This document shows positions 1-9,497 of a DNA stretch of 64,000 nt, piece after piece. The position numbers and the translations under genes are program-made. This DNA comes from a virus (Duplodnaviria > Caudoviricetes): positions 193,182 to 257,181 of the IMG/VR virus record IMGVR_UViG_3300014208_000026, one strand, 5' to 3'. Position 1 is the stretch's first letter. Each line of letters begins with the position of its first letter. The notes beneath the pieces were generated by a model. The model had not been told where the DNA came from. It did no database searches and worked only from the letters and a program-made list of their open reading frames with translations.

Positions 1-785
1 TCCGAGACCTTATGTAGAGCGTCGTTGCGCTGACAGGCGACTTTGTAGTGCTGCTTGGCTAGCTTGTCCTTGGCCTTCTTGGAGTTCTCGGATCCTTTCT
101 TCTTACGAGAGAGGGACTTTTGTAAAAGGCGAAGCCTCCTTTCGGATCGTTTTAGTGCTTTAGGGTTTTCGAAGACCGTTCCGTCGGATAAAACCGCGAG
201 GGATTTGATCCCCACGTCGACTCCCAGGGTTTCTACCCCGAGAGGGCGGGTGTGAGGTTCATCCGTCTTGATCGAGACAAACCACCTACCTGCTCTTTCC
301 GAGACCGTCGCAGAGATAATTCTTGCGTCGGTAGGGAAGTAGCCATGCTCTTTCAACCGGAGCCAGCCGAGTCTGGGAAGCTTGATCTTTTTCTCAGTTA
401 CGTGAATCTGACCGGTGAGCGTGAAAGATCCGATCCCGTCTTTCTTTTTCTTGAATTTAGGGTAGCCTTTTTTCTTACATTTAGGATCCCTACATCGGCG
501 GAAATATTGGTCGAACCCATTGTCTAAGTTCCGAAGTGCTTCCTGTACAACGCACTTCGAGACTTCATACATCCAAGAGAACCCTCCCTCCTCTTTAGGG
601 AGCTTCTTGAGGACGTTAAGTTCCTTATGAAGATCAATGGCTGTATGGTACTTTTCACCATTCTTATAAGTCTCGTTCTTACGTCCTAGCCCCCAGTTAT
701 AGGCAACCCGAGCCGCACCTGCGTGCTGCTTGCATCCGGTGATCTGGACTTTGTTCAAATCCAGCTCTGTGAAGTAGGCTCTCAT
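1..785 (-). CDS. tnpB: TnpB (IS200/IS605-family RNA-guided endonuclease), 3' end outside window
   Basis: Translated manually (absent from ORF track): MRAYFTELDLNKVQ..HAGAARVAYNWGL..GYPKFKKKK..IKLPRLGWLRLKE..VSERAGRWFVSI..LGVDVGIKSLAVLSDG..ENPKALKRSERRLRLLQKSLSRKRKGSEN..QRNDALHKVS. RuvC-I Asp present; open to position 1; no tnpA in window. Confidence 0.93.
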   Translation of the reverse strand, partial: MRAYFTELDLNKVQITGCKQHAGAARVAYNWGLGRKNETYKNGEKYHTAIDLHKELNVLKKLPKEEGGFSWMYEVSKCVVQEALRNLDNGFDQYFRRCRDPKCKKKGYPKFKKKKDGIGSFTLTGQIHVTEKKIKLPRLGWLRLKEHGYFPTDARIISATVSERAGRWFVSIKTDEPHTRPLGVETLGVDVGIKSLAVLSDGTVFENPKALKRSERRLRLLQKSLSRKKKGSENSKKAKDKLAKQHYKVACQRNDALHKVS

Positions 786-813
786 TTGGTTTAGACTCTA
801 GCCTCCTGGATCC

Positions 814-845
814 TACTATACTCTATTTGGGCACTTGATCGAAAG
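814..845 (-). promoter_or_regulatory. Weak match to early-type promoter upstream of tnpB
   Basis: Minus strand CTTTCGAT-N13-AGAGTATAGTA (TTTCGA-N18-TATAGT), then AGGAGG. Confidence 0.4.
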
Positions 846-959
846 TGGGACCAGGGTCGGCTGATCCACCTAGTTCTAGTTTGAGGTTATTCTGGACGGC
901 TGTTACGTGCCCATGCTCAGGTAGAATGAAACTGAAATCGACCGGCACGGTTTTTCTGC

Positions 960-981
960 CTATGGTCTCAGCTTAGATAGG
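960..981 (+). promoter_or_regulatory. Late-type promoter motif
   Basis: CTATGG-N7-TTAGATAGG upstream of the baseplate operon. Confidence 0.55.
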
Positions 982-1004
982 AACCTCTGCGTGGAGTCCC
1001 TCGT

Positions 1005-2090
1005 TTGAGCCAGGATTTTCAGATCGCCCATAGCTGTTCCCATGAGACTTTGGAGGAATGGGCACAGCTAGATACCGACCGGCAGACGTTGATAACTCGT
1101 CAGCCAGTCGGGTCCGAGTTGTCTGTCCGTATTCTATTGAATGACGATTGGGTGATTCCTCGTGGGGGGTTGCTATCCCCCGCCCAGATCACGAGCGGGC
1201 AGTCGGGGCCCTTCAAGATTCTGCCGAACGAAACCACGTTGACGGTTCGGACGGCGGATGAAGTTGTGACCTTGGACCTCCCTACGGGTTCCCGCGTTCC
1301 TACCTCTACGGTAGTCAGCAGGTTCCAGGCTTTGACGTCGAATGTTCTGGCGGAGAATGTGAATGGCTCCTTGGTGTTCACCGACCTGTCCAGGGTAGGA
1401 CCTGGAGCGGTGATCAAGGTGGAGGGTACAGCGGCAACCTCTTTGGGGTTCGGAACGGACCAGCAGAGGGGGGCCCGAGGAAAAGAGATCATGCCAGGGT
1501 GGAACTTGACGAAGCGGGCAGGGGCTCTTTTCAGTCGCAGTCCGAAGTTCTTGAAGCCGATCAAGTCCAATCCTGTGTTCAAGGTTTCCTACGTGACCGC
1601 CCCTGAGTTTTGTCTCCGGTGTGGAGGTACTCGGGTCGAGAATGATTTCCAAATCGACTCGCAGGGTTCTTACCTGATCATCGAGAACGAGAACCTCCTG
1701 TATCAAGCGTCGATGAAGATCATTCTCACCGACAAGGGCTCGAATCCTTTCCATACTTGGTACGGGACTTCCATCAGTTCCCGGATTGGGAGCAAGGCTG
1801 TCGGTAACATTGCGGGGGCTTTGGCAGAAGATGTACGGCAGGCCCTCACGAACTTGCAGAACATTCAGACCCAGAAGTCCAAGTGGCAACCGGTTACATT
1901 CAAGGAACGGCTGTACCAGATTTTGCAAGTCCAGGTGTACCCCGACCCGCAAGATCAGACAGCCTTTACGATTGACGTGGTGGTACAGAATGCCGCCAGA
2001 GAACCGGTTCAGCTATCTATCGTTTACACAACTCCGGGGACGGTGTCCAGGATGACTTCTAACGGACGAACTCTAGCTTTAGGGGCCTAA
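1005..2090 (+). CDS. Baseplate wedge protein with C-terminal gp25/GPW-like domain
   Basis: C-terminal ENENLLYQASMKIILTDKGSNPFHTWYGTSI..LAEDVRQAL..FTIDVVVQN pattern; precedes baseplate J-like gene; TTG start. Confidence 0.7.
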   Translation: MSQDFQIAHSCSHETLEEWAQLDTDRQTLITRQPVGSELSVRILLNDDWVIPRGGLLSPAQITSGQSGPFKILPNETTLTVRTADEVVTLDLPTGSRVPTSTVVSRFQALTSNVLAENVNGSLVFTDLSRVGPGAVIKVEGTAATSLGFGTDQQRGARGKEIMPGWNLTKRAGALFSRSPKFLKPIKSNPVFKVSYVTAPEFCLRCGGTRVENDFQIDSQGSYLIIENENLLYQASMKIILTDKGSNPFHTWYGTSISSRIGSKAVGNIAGALAEDVRQALTNLQNIQTQKSKWQPVTFKERLYQILQVQVYPDPQDQTAFTIDVVVQNAAREPVQLSIVYTTPGTVSRMTSNGRTLALGA

Positions 2091-2093
2091 GCC

Positions 2094-5000
2094 ATGGCAA
2101 CTCCAAAGTTTCTAGGTCCCGATGGGATTCTGCGAGAAGAATTCAATTTTTCGACTACGCTTGCGTTCCGGTTCTTCTCCGGCACTACGGATGCAGATAC
2201 CGTGGATATGCAAGTGTCGGTCCGCGGGGACCCTTTCGTAAGCGATGCGGATCTGATCTCGTTCGAGGGGACAACGTTTTCTATTCCTAATCCGACGGTC
2301 TATCCTGACGGGCTCCCCCTGGACGCTGGGTTGAATGAGATTCGAGTTCGGGCGGTGCTCACGAACGGTAGTGTGACTCCGGAAGCGGTCATTCGGGCCC
2401 GTTTGGTCCAGGAAAGTGATCTCGGGATGATCGTGCTCCCGCCCACTGGCATTTCGGCGGAGAGGAAAAGTGGTCTTGTTGTCGTTACGGTAGAGGGGCT
2501 CGACGATTCTCATATCCTGGGTTACAATTTCTACGCTTCGACGCAAGAGGGCGGAGGGATTGCAGGGTACTCCAAGATCAACTCCGCTCTTGTGTCCTCC
2601 GGTGTCACGGCAGAGGAGGAAACCAGTCTCTCCTCATTGGATACTGATATCATTGTCGCTGTAGGCGGGGATTTGCTCCCTCTCGCGGATCCTCAGTATC
2701 TGAACATCCTGGGTACTCAGCAGGATCGGGAAGGTGTGGTACTGACAACTGATTTCAATGAGTCTTTGGAGATTCCAGAGACGGCACGTAAACTGAGGTT
2801 TGCGGCCACCATCAACACTGTCCGTAACGTCACGTCTTACTCGTTTACCCATAGTCGCACGGCTACGTTGCAGTCTGTTTATCCCGCGATTCCGAATAGC
2901 AGTTTCGGGACGATTGCTGAGACAGACCCTCTCTACTACGTAGCCTCTGCGGTCTATTACGATGACGTAGCCGGTGTAGAGACTGAGTCCTCCTATTCCC
3001 CCGAAGTGACCGGAGCGCCTATTGTCGTGACTTCGGCTGTGGGGGCTTTCCCGACCGTGAATCGCACGCAGATCGTGCAGGATATGTCCCTTTCGGTGTT
3101 CCGCTCAAATCCCGGACTCTCGATCGAACCTGGGTCCGTTCTTAGAGACACCGTCATGGACCCCGCTTCTGTCGAAATGGCACGAGTTCGTTTCGTCATT
3201 GACTTTATGCATCGGGCTCAGAGTCCCGCTTCGTTGCTGGCTATCGACGACCCGAATCGTACGGGGGCTTCTGTTCCTGTCAGTGCTTCTGCTTACAAGT
3301 TGGATCTGAAAAAGGCTTTCTACCTGACGGCGGATGCTGATGTACAGGCTCTCATTGATGACTCCTTTGATATCCTTGGCAACAGGTATGGTCTGACTCG
3401 TGACCCTGGCAATTATGCCCGAGGCGAGGTCACGTTCTACACCAAGTCCCGTCCGACTCGCTCCAAGACTTTCCCTGTGGGGACTCTGGTTAGTAGCGGT
3501 GTCCAATTCAGGACGACGACTACGGCCCAGGTTACCCTATCTAACGTCGCTTCGATCTACAGTGCCTCTACGGGCAGGTATTCCGTTCGAGCTTCTATCA
3601 AGGCAACCGATCGGGGTGCCGCTGGAAATCTCACTGAAGGTCAGATCCGGAAGATCGTGACGGCAGGCTACGAAGATTTCTCCGTCACGAATGAGGGTCG
3701 AATTTCTGGAGGCACGGAGCGAGAATCCAATCTCCGTTTTGCAGAGAGAATCGGGACCGCTCTGGCTATGATCAGCGGGGACACAGAGTGGGCTTATCGC
3801 CAGACAGCAATCGGCGTTTCCAGCGTAGAAGAGGTCAAGGTTATTAGTGCCGGAGACGCTAATATGCTGCGGGACTTCGATGGTGCTATCCACCGCGGGG
3901 GGAAGGTAGACGTTTGGGTTCGAGGGAGCCAGACCGCAAGCGTGACGGACGATTTTGCCTTCTCTTACGAGATTGCAAAGGGGATGGCTTTTGCGGTTGT
4001 CGGGGATCCTCAGAACCTTACTTTCATTGCCCTCGATAGCAATCTCTCGGTGAACAATCCAATCATTGAGGTGTTGGATATCCCTGCGTGGGGGTACGAG
4101 TTCGTGAATGCCAATACCGGCGTGGCCATGAACCTGACAGGGGTTGTGATTCAGGACTATCGGACCATCGTCCTGTCCTCGACGTACAATGACCCTGTGA
4201 CCTATTATTTGACTGACGTGTTCCATGGCAGTTACCGGTATCGAACCAGTGACAGGTTCGTGTTCCCCAGACAGCCGGTGGAATCTATCGAGTCTCTGAC
4301 CGGAACGGTTACGGGTGTCGTGAACTCCAGTGCCTATGCTCTGTATCGGGCGGCCTCTCCTCTCCAGCTTGGCCGTTCGGAGTGGGCGGGGGATTACCTG
4401 AAGGTTACGGATACCCAGGCAACCGGAATCACCATTCCTTCAGGGACGCCCATCACTGTTGCCAGTGAGGAGCATGTCATTCTTGCGGGGTATACGGAGT
4501 ACCTGTTTGAGATTGGGGCGAACGTTCTCACCTTGGAAGTCTGGGACTCCTCCCACACTACGATGTACATCAGCCCTTATGCTGATTCCGTCAATAATGA
4601 CTACACGGTCATCATGGGTACAGACACGTCTCCTGTCGGTGTTCGGTTGACTACGGGGAGCGCCATCGTTTCGGGGTCTTCCGTTCTGTTCGATTACAGC
4701 CACGATGAGCGGTTTACGGTGCGGTATTCTTTGGATAGCATGACCCGAGAGACCCAGACTGCCTTGGATCAGAATCGGAATCTCCATGCTGACGTGTTGG
4801 CTAAGAAGGCTGTGCCGATTCCCGTAGATTTGGGTATGACGGTGATTTTGCAGCAGAACACGGATTTGACTCCCGACAAAGCGGATACTGCTATTCGTAC
4901 TGCTCTTTATAACTACGAGAATCGGTTGCGGGTGGGTCAACGACTCCGGCCTTCGGACGCTATTGGGGTTGTGGAAAAGATTACGGGTGTGTCCCATGTG

Positions 5001-5507
5001 CTGGTGCCGTTGACAAAACTTGTTCTAACCGAGGGGGCTTTGGTACTTCGGGAGCCTCTCACTGTGGCAACTGTTGCCGACGTGTTCAAGGTTCCTTCGT
5101 GGTCCACTTCGACTGTGGACGTCTACCTGTTGCGGTCCGAACTGGCGGCGGCAACTACGGACCGCGGAGGTCCCAGTAACGAGTATCGAAGCGTTTACCA
5201 GAACGACAACGAGCTGGATTTGCAGGAGATGAACCCGAATCTTCAGAGCATTCCCTTGAAGAGGAAGGCTGGAAACGCCTATATTATCGGTAACGGAGGA
5301 ATGACCATTCCAGGGTATACGGGGGACACGGCCAATCGGGTATTAGTATCTGTCCCCATGGGGGACACTCCGCTGAATTACAGCTATGCGGTAACCTACA
5401 TTGCGTCCGAGGGTACAGGGATGAAATCTGAGATTCGTCCTGGGCCGTTGGGGTATGTGGTGTTCCAGAACATCGAACTGGTTTTTGACGAAGAGGTGCC
5501 TGAATAA
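2094..5507 (+). CDS. Baseplate J-like protein (1137 aa)
   Basis: ARGEVTFY..FPVGTLV..FRTT..IKATDRGAAGN..SVTNEGRISGGTERESN..R baseplate J signature. Confidence 0.75.
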   Translation: MATPKFLGPDGILREEFNFSTTLAFRFFSGTTDADTVDMQVSVRGDPFVSDADLISFEGTTFSIPNPTVYPDGLPLDAGLNEIRVRAVLTNGSVTPEAVIRARLVQESDLGMIVLPPTGISAERKSGLVVVTVEGLDDSHILGYNFYASTQEGGGIAGYSKINSALVSSGVTAEEETSLSSLDTDIIVAVGGDLLPLADPQYLNILGTQQDREGVVLTTDFNESLEIPETARKLRFAATINTVRNVTSYSFTHSRTATLQSVYPAIPNSSFGTIAETDPLYYVASAVYYDDVAGVETESSYSPEVTGAPIVVTSAVGAFPTVNRTQIVQDMSLSVFRSNPGLSIEPGSVLRDTVMDPASVEMARVRFVIDFMHRAQSPASLLAIDDPNRTGASVPVSASAYKLDLKKAFYLTADADVQALIDDSFDILGNRYGLTRDPGNYARGEVTFYTKSRPTRSKTFPVGTLVSSGVQFRTTTTAQVTLSNVASIYSASTGRYSVRASIKATDRGAAGNLTEGQIRKIVTAGYEDFSVTNEGRISGGTERESNLRFAERIGTALAMISGDTEWAYRQTAIGVSSVEEVKVISAGDANMLRDFDGAIHRGGKVDVWVRGSQTASVTDDFAFSYEIAKGMAFAVVGDPQNLTFIALDSNLSVNNPIIEVLDIPAWGYEFVNANTGVAMNLTGVVIQDYRTIVLSSTYNDPVTYYLTDVFHGSYRYRTSDRFVFPRQPVESIESLTGTVTGVVNSSAYALYRAASPLQLGRSEWAGDYLKVTDTQATGITIPSGTPITVASEEHVILAGYTEYLFEIGANVLTLEVWDSSHTTMYISPYADSVNNDYTVIMGTDTSPVGVRLTTGSAIVSGSSVLFDYSHDERFTVRYSLDSMTRETQTALDQNRNLHADVLAKKAVPIPVDLGMTVILQQNTDLTPDKADTAIRTALYNYENRLRVGQRLRPSDAIGVVEKITGVSHVLVPLTKLVLTEGALVLREPLTVATVADVFKVPSWSTSTVDVYLLRSELAAATTDRGGPSNEYRSVYQNDNELDLQEMNPNLQSIPLKRKAGNAYIIGNGGMTIPGYTGDTANRVLVSVPMGDTPLNYSYAVTYIASEGTGMKSEIRPGPLGYVVFQNIELVFDEEVPE

Positions 5508-5668
5508 TGGAAACCCCGGACGTCGAGATCTTCGTGCCGGTGCTGGAAAACGGACAATGGGAACTGTATTTGGTTAGGGAGGGGAACGGTTTGGATTTTG
5601 GGTTGGACAACACGGACCATTTGATGGCCGAAATGTTGCGGGAGATAAGGTCATGCTCTCTGCAATGA
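5507..5668 (+). CDS. Small hypothetical protein (53 aa)
   Basis: ATG overlaps upstream TAA (TAATG); METPDVEIFVPVLENGQWELYLV..; below ORF-track cutoff. Confidence 0.45.
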   Translation: METPDVEIFVPVLENGQWELYLVREGNGLDFGLDNTDHLMAEMLREIRSCSLQ

Positions 5669-5752
5669 TCCTCAGCCAGCGGCCGTGGCAGGTTATCGCC
5701 GTGATTCTCTTGGTGCTGTTCTGTGTCGGACTTCGTGGTGGGGGCGGAAAAA

Positions 5753-7060
5753 ATGGCCACGTCTAGCAAAATCATTCCTGGGTCTGTTGAACAGAATCCG
5801 TCGTGGGTCACGCCCAAGGGGCAGGACTACAAAGATCGGATTCAGGAACAGACCAGTCAGATCATGAGTGCTTTCATGCAGATGCTCCCGTCTAACTACG
5901 TTTCTCAGGTTACAGGGCCTTTCTACACTATGCAGTTCCAGGCCATTGCCGAACGGCTGGCCGAATTTCAAATGGTGGCTCAGGAAGTGTTCTCTGACGC
6001 CGATTACGACTTCACTCGACCTGAGTTTCTGTACCAGATCCTTGGAACCCTGGTGTTCCCAGATATCAGTGAGGGCATTCCGCAGATTGATGGAGACGTG
6101 ACCTATCGTACTTTTCTTAAGAGGATGGTGGCTTTGCTTCTCAGGGGGGCTACGAAGGAGGCTTCTGAAGAAGGGGTGCAACTGCTGACAGACCACGTTG
6201 TTAAGGTTATCGAGAAGAACATTGCTGCTCGGGGGGATGCAAATTCGGGTTGGGGGTTTGACGACCAGTTCACTTTTGAAGTAGATATCTATGCAGACGC
6301 CAACGGGAATTTTCCGGAGGATCCGGTACAACTACAGGAGAATGCAAGGCTGGTTCTCAAGGCGCTGAAACCCGCTCATCTGCTTTACGATTTTCGTTTC
6401 GTGTTTCAGGATATTGCCAGGGCGGCTTCGGATGCTTGGTACACGGACGTCATCCCCAATCCCTATTGGGAGATGGAAGTTTTCGACTATGAGGATGCTA
6501 GGAGTTACTGGCACGGAGCCAAGAACATTATCGGAACCAACGGAGTGACTTGGACGGATAGGGGCCTGTTTTCGGACGTGACCCGAAGTTTCGCTTCAGT
6601 TCAACCCGGAGCTTCCCTCACAATCGCAGCCGGGATTAATACCGGGACTTACAGGGTGAGAGAGGTCAGGACGTTCCCCTTGGGGGATGATAGCACTGCC
6701 CGTCCCTACACGACCGCTCCTACGGGGTTGTCTGGATGGGCAAGTGTGGAGGACGGGGCTTTTGTAGACTCTTCTCAGGATTTTTCGGCTGCGGTTGAAG
6801 GTGAAGTTCTGGTTTTTACCGCAGGAGCCAACGCTGGATCTTATCGGTTGGGGGTTTTGTTGGGCACTCAGGGAGGACCTGTTGGGTTTGCCTCTGGACC
6901 GGCAACGCAAGTTCGACCTACCCCGTCTATTTTGCGTCTTGAGTCTCGAATGAAGCAAGCGGGTATGGGCCAGAGATATATTGTTGAAGTGGATCGGTTG
7001 GGTAAGTCTGAAGAGAAGACAGTGACTGGAGAAGACGTAACTTCTCCGTTTTTATCTTAG
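5753..7060 (+). CDS. Baseplate wedge/tail protein (gpI-like position)
   Basis: Long ORF after baseplate J; FQAIAERLAEFQ..FLYQILGTLVF..LKALKPAHLLY; likely ATG at 5753 (MATSSK). Confidence 0.6.
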   Translation: MATSSKIIPGSVEQNPSWVTPKGQDYKDRIQEQTSQIMSAFMQMLPSNYVSQVTGPFYTMQFQAIAERLAEFQMVAQEVFSDADYDFTRPEFLYQILGTLVFPDISEGIPQIDGDVTYRTFLKRMVALLLRGATKEASEEGVQLLTDHVVKVIEKNIAARGDANSGWGFDDQFTFEVDIYADANGNFPEDPVQLQENARLVLKALKPAHLLYDFRFVFQDIARAASDAWYTDVIPNPYWEMEVFDYEDARSYWHGAKNIIGTNGVTWTDRGLFSDVTRSFASVQPGASLTIAAGINTGTYRVREVRTFPLGDDSTARPYTTAPTGLSGWASVEDGAFVDSSQDFSAAVEGEVLVFTAGANAGSYRLGVLLGTQGGPVGFASGPATQVRPTPSILRLESRMKQAGMGQRYIVEVDRLGKSEEKTVTGEDVTSPFLS

Positions 7061-7070
7061 ATAAAATCTG

Positions 7071-7151
7071 TCAGAGCCGGATGGCCGACGCGGACAGGCC
7101 GATGGTGGCGAGTCCTGCGAGGGCGGCGATAGTGCTTCCTGAGCGGCCCAT
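7071..7151 (-). pseudogene. 26-aa ORF, possible truncated cassette member
   Basis: MGRSGSTIAALAGLATIGLSASAIRL*; preceded by the same AGGAGGCCAGCATGGG start signal as the gene at 7652. Confidence 0.4.
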
Positions 7152-7160
7152 GCTGGCCTC

Positions 7161-7652
7161 CTATGCGATCTCGTACCAGAACGACTTCTTCGCGCTGGTC
7201 GTCCAGGTCTTGTCACCGACGCCCGTGTTTGCCTCGAAGCGGTTAGATGCGGCGTTGAAGTTCACCGCCACGAAGTTGACGCCGTCGGCACTGCACCCGG
7301 CCGAGTAATTCGTCGCGAGGTGGCGCCCCGACGACGTTTCCACGCCGATGTTGCCGTTGATGCTGTCCTGGTACAGCCCGCCGAAAGGCGCTGTCTTGCG
7401 CGTGTAAAGCGCGTGCGTTCCGGCGTCGTTCGCCACCGGCACGATCTCGGTCAACGGGGTGGCAAGGCACGCCCCGCCATTGGCCGCCGCGCACAGCGCC
7501 GTGCCACCAGAATTGAGTTTCAGGGCCGCACCGCCAGGGATGGCGATGTCGAATATCGTGTAGGTCGCATGGATCGTCACCAGGATATTGTCTGCCCCGC
7601 CGCCGCCTCCAGCCGCGATGTCCGCGGCGATCTTGCTTGCCGACTGTCCCAT
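7161..7652 (-). CDS. Putative virion appendage protein, paralogue A (163 aa)
   Basis: AGGAGG RBS then MGQSASKIAADIAA; paralogous to 7663-8148. Confidence 0.75.
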   Translation of the reverse strand: MGQSASKIAADIAAGGGGGADNILVTIHATYTIFDIAIPGGAALKLNSGGTALCAAANGGACLATPLTEIVPVANDAGTHALYTRKTAPFGGLYQDSINGNIGVETSSGRHLATNYSAGCSADGVNFVAVNFNAASNRFEANTGVGDKTWTTSAKKSFWYEIA

Positions 7653-8149
7653 GCTGGCCTCCTTACGCCGTGGCGAAGTCTGCGGCGCGCGTGGCCGACG
7701 TGCTGAATGTGCGGTTCGCGCCCAGGGCCGCCTCGAACCGCGACGTGGCCTGCACGTAGTTGAGCGTCGTGTTGTCAGGGTTGGCCGCCGCGCCTGCGTC
7801 GTAGGGGATCGCGATTTGCCTCCCGGTGAAGGTCGAGATCGCAATCGTGACAGGGACGCCTGCTTGCGACAACGCGCCCGTGCTCTTGCTGATGTACACG
7901 ACGCTGGACAAGGCCGACGTGTCGACGACCACCAGCAGGTCCGTAGCCCCGGCCGTGGCGAAGGCGTTGCCGCCCTGGCCGTCTACGCCGAAGCACTTCA
8001 CAATGCCGGCGGCGTAATGGAGTTTCACCTGGCCGCCGACTGGGATGGCCGCGTCGAACACGGTGAACGTCGCGGGGGACGCCATCAGCGCGTTCGGCGC
8101 ACTGCGGGCCGCGATGTCCGCGGCGATCTTGCTTGCAGACTGTCCCATG
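7612..8149. repeat. 42-bp direct repeat (7612-7653, 8108-8149)
   Basis: GCCGCGATGTCCGCGGCGATCTTGCTTGCMGACTGTCCCATG, 41/42 identical, covers both gene starts. Confidence 0.9.
7663..8148 (-). CDS. Putative virion appendage protein, paralogue B (161 aa)
   Basis: AAGGAGG RBS; MGQSASKIAADIAA, ATFTVFDAAIP, NYVQATSRFEA motifs shared with neighbour. Confidence 0.75.
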   Translation of the reverse strand: MGQSASKIAADIAARSAPNALMASPATFTVFDAAIPVGGQVKLHYAAGIVKCFGVDGQGGNAFATAGATDLLVVVDTSALSSVVYISKSTGALSQAGVPVTIAISTFTGRQIAIPYDAGAAANPDNTTLNYVQATSRFEAALGANRTFSTSATRAADFATA

Positions 8150-8158
8150 GTGACCTCC

Positions 8159-9481
8159 TTACGCGAGCGGCAGGACGTACAGCCGCAGTGCCCCCGCGAC
8201 GGCCGGGAGGCTCTTCAGGACGCTCATAGCCTTGGAGGCAGTGAGATCGTAGGGCTGCGTCGCGAAGCCGTCGTTCCACCCGCGCTCACCGACGACAGCC
8301 GCAGGAATGGTCTCGGCGCCGAGCAGGATCGACGCACCACCGCCGCCAGCGGCGTCTTGCACCGTGATGGTCTCGCCGACGTTCGCGACGTTCGGCCAAA
8401 ATTCGACCGACAGAAGGCGGCAGGCGTAGGAAGGCCCGGTGAAGTCGACAAATACGGGGATCGCCGAGGCCTGGATGTCGTACTCCCAGCACTCCACCAC
8501 TGCATGGCGTGGGCTGCCGGCGGAGGCGATGTACTTCAGGCCGGTGTCGGCCTGCGCCTTGTCCGCGGCGGGCGTGCCGAGAATGCCGTTGACGGCGCCG
8601 TTGGCAGCCTGCGTCGGCGTCACCGACTGGCGCGGCACCTGGAACCATCCGATCGAGCCGTCGTTGGCGAAGTAGTATTCGCCGACGGGACGCCCGGAGA
8701 TCGCCTCCAGCGCCATGACGTGGTCGCCCTGCGCGGGGGTCGTCTCGGCCCACACGTCGGCGGGGGTGTCCGCGGTCAGCGTGTAGATGCGGTTGATCGT
8801 GAACCCATTGGCCGAGTTGTAGGCGATGACCCGCGTACCGACCGGCAGGCCGGGAGCGGGCTCGCCGCCCAGGACGAAGAACTTCACGGGCTGCAGGTAG
8901 GAGGCGATGGCGGCCTTCTCGCTCGTGGTGGGCAACGTGGCGTGCGTGTGGCCGGTCGCCGAATACAGCGTGTCGTAGTAGCCCTTCAGGTCGGCGACAC
9001 CAACGGCAATCCAGCGGCCCGCGATGTCAGTCGGGGATACGATCCCAGGCAGTGCTTCGGCCGCCACGCTGGTTGCGTCATAGCGGTATAGATCCGCCAT
9101 GGCAGCACCGTTGTTTTTGACAAGACAGAGCATCCCTTCGCCACGGGCTGCTGCGATTATGGCTTTGAGGCCCGCAATGTCTGCGACGGGTAGGTGGATG
9201 CCCATATCTTTTGCTACTGTAATGTGGTACACACCGCCCGCGTCGGTGGCGTCATAAGTGTTGGGTGGGTCCTCTGAACCCACCGCTTCACCAAGATTGA
9301 ATCTATAGAGTACGCCGGTAGACTCGACGGGGACCAGAGTTCCATCTTTGAAATTGGTTGTTGACAGTGCTTTGAGTGCAGCCACATTAGCTACGGCGGC
9401 GTGGATCAATCCTTCAAGAGCGGCTACTTGAAGAGCCAGTGCAGTGAACTGTTCCTTGGGAATGAATTGAAGATTTGCCAT
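8159..9481 (-). CDS. Putative tail-fibre-like structural protein (440 aa)
   Basis: Two N-terminal repeats (ALKAL..GTLVPV..LYRF; AGLKAI..GMLCLV..LYRY); beta-rich C-terminus. Confidence 0.6.
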   Translation of the reverse strand: MANLQFIPKEQFTALALQVAALEGLIHAAVANVAALKALSTTNFKDGTLVPVESTGVLYRFNLGEAVGSEDPPNTYDATDAGGVYHITVAKDMGIHLPVADIAGLKAIIAAARGEGMLCLVKNNGAAMADLYRYDATSVAAEALPGIVSPTDIAGRWIAVGVADLKGYYDTLYSATGHTHATLPTTSEKAAIASYLQPVKFFVLGGEPAPGLPVGTRVIAYNSANGFTINRIYTLTADTPADVWAETTPAQGDHVMALEAISGRPVGEYYFANDGSIGWFQVPRQSVTPTQAANGAVNGILGTPAADKAQADTGLKYIASAGSPRHAVVECWEYDIQASAIPVFVDFTGPSYACRLLSVEFWPNVANVGETITVQDAAGGGGASILLGAETIPAAVVGERGWNDGFATQPYDLTASKAMSVLKSLPAVAGALRLYVLPLA

Positions 9482-9497
9482 GGTATTCTCCTCTTAA

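Noticed and set aside
7028-7053. Terminator-like hairpin GGAGAAG-ACGTAA-CTTCTCC plus T run
   Set aside because: It lies inside the last codons of the gene, before its stop, so coincidence cannot be excluded.
8045-9091. 348-aa plus-strand ORF and other long antisense ORFs (e.g. 24777-25847, 26037-27263, 55201-56373, 30527-31264)
   Set aside because: These are shadow frames of real genes in GC-rich sequence, with no motifs or RBS.
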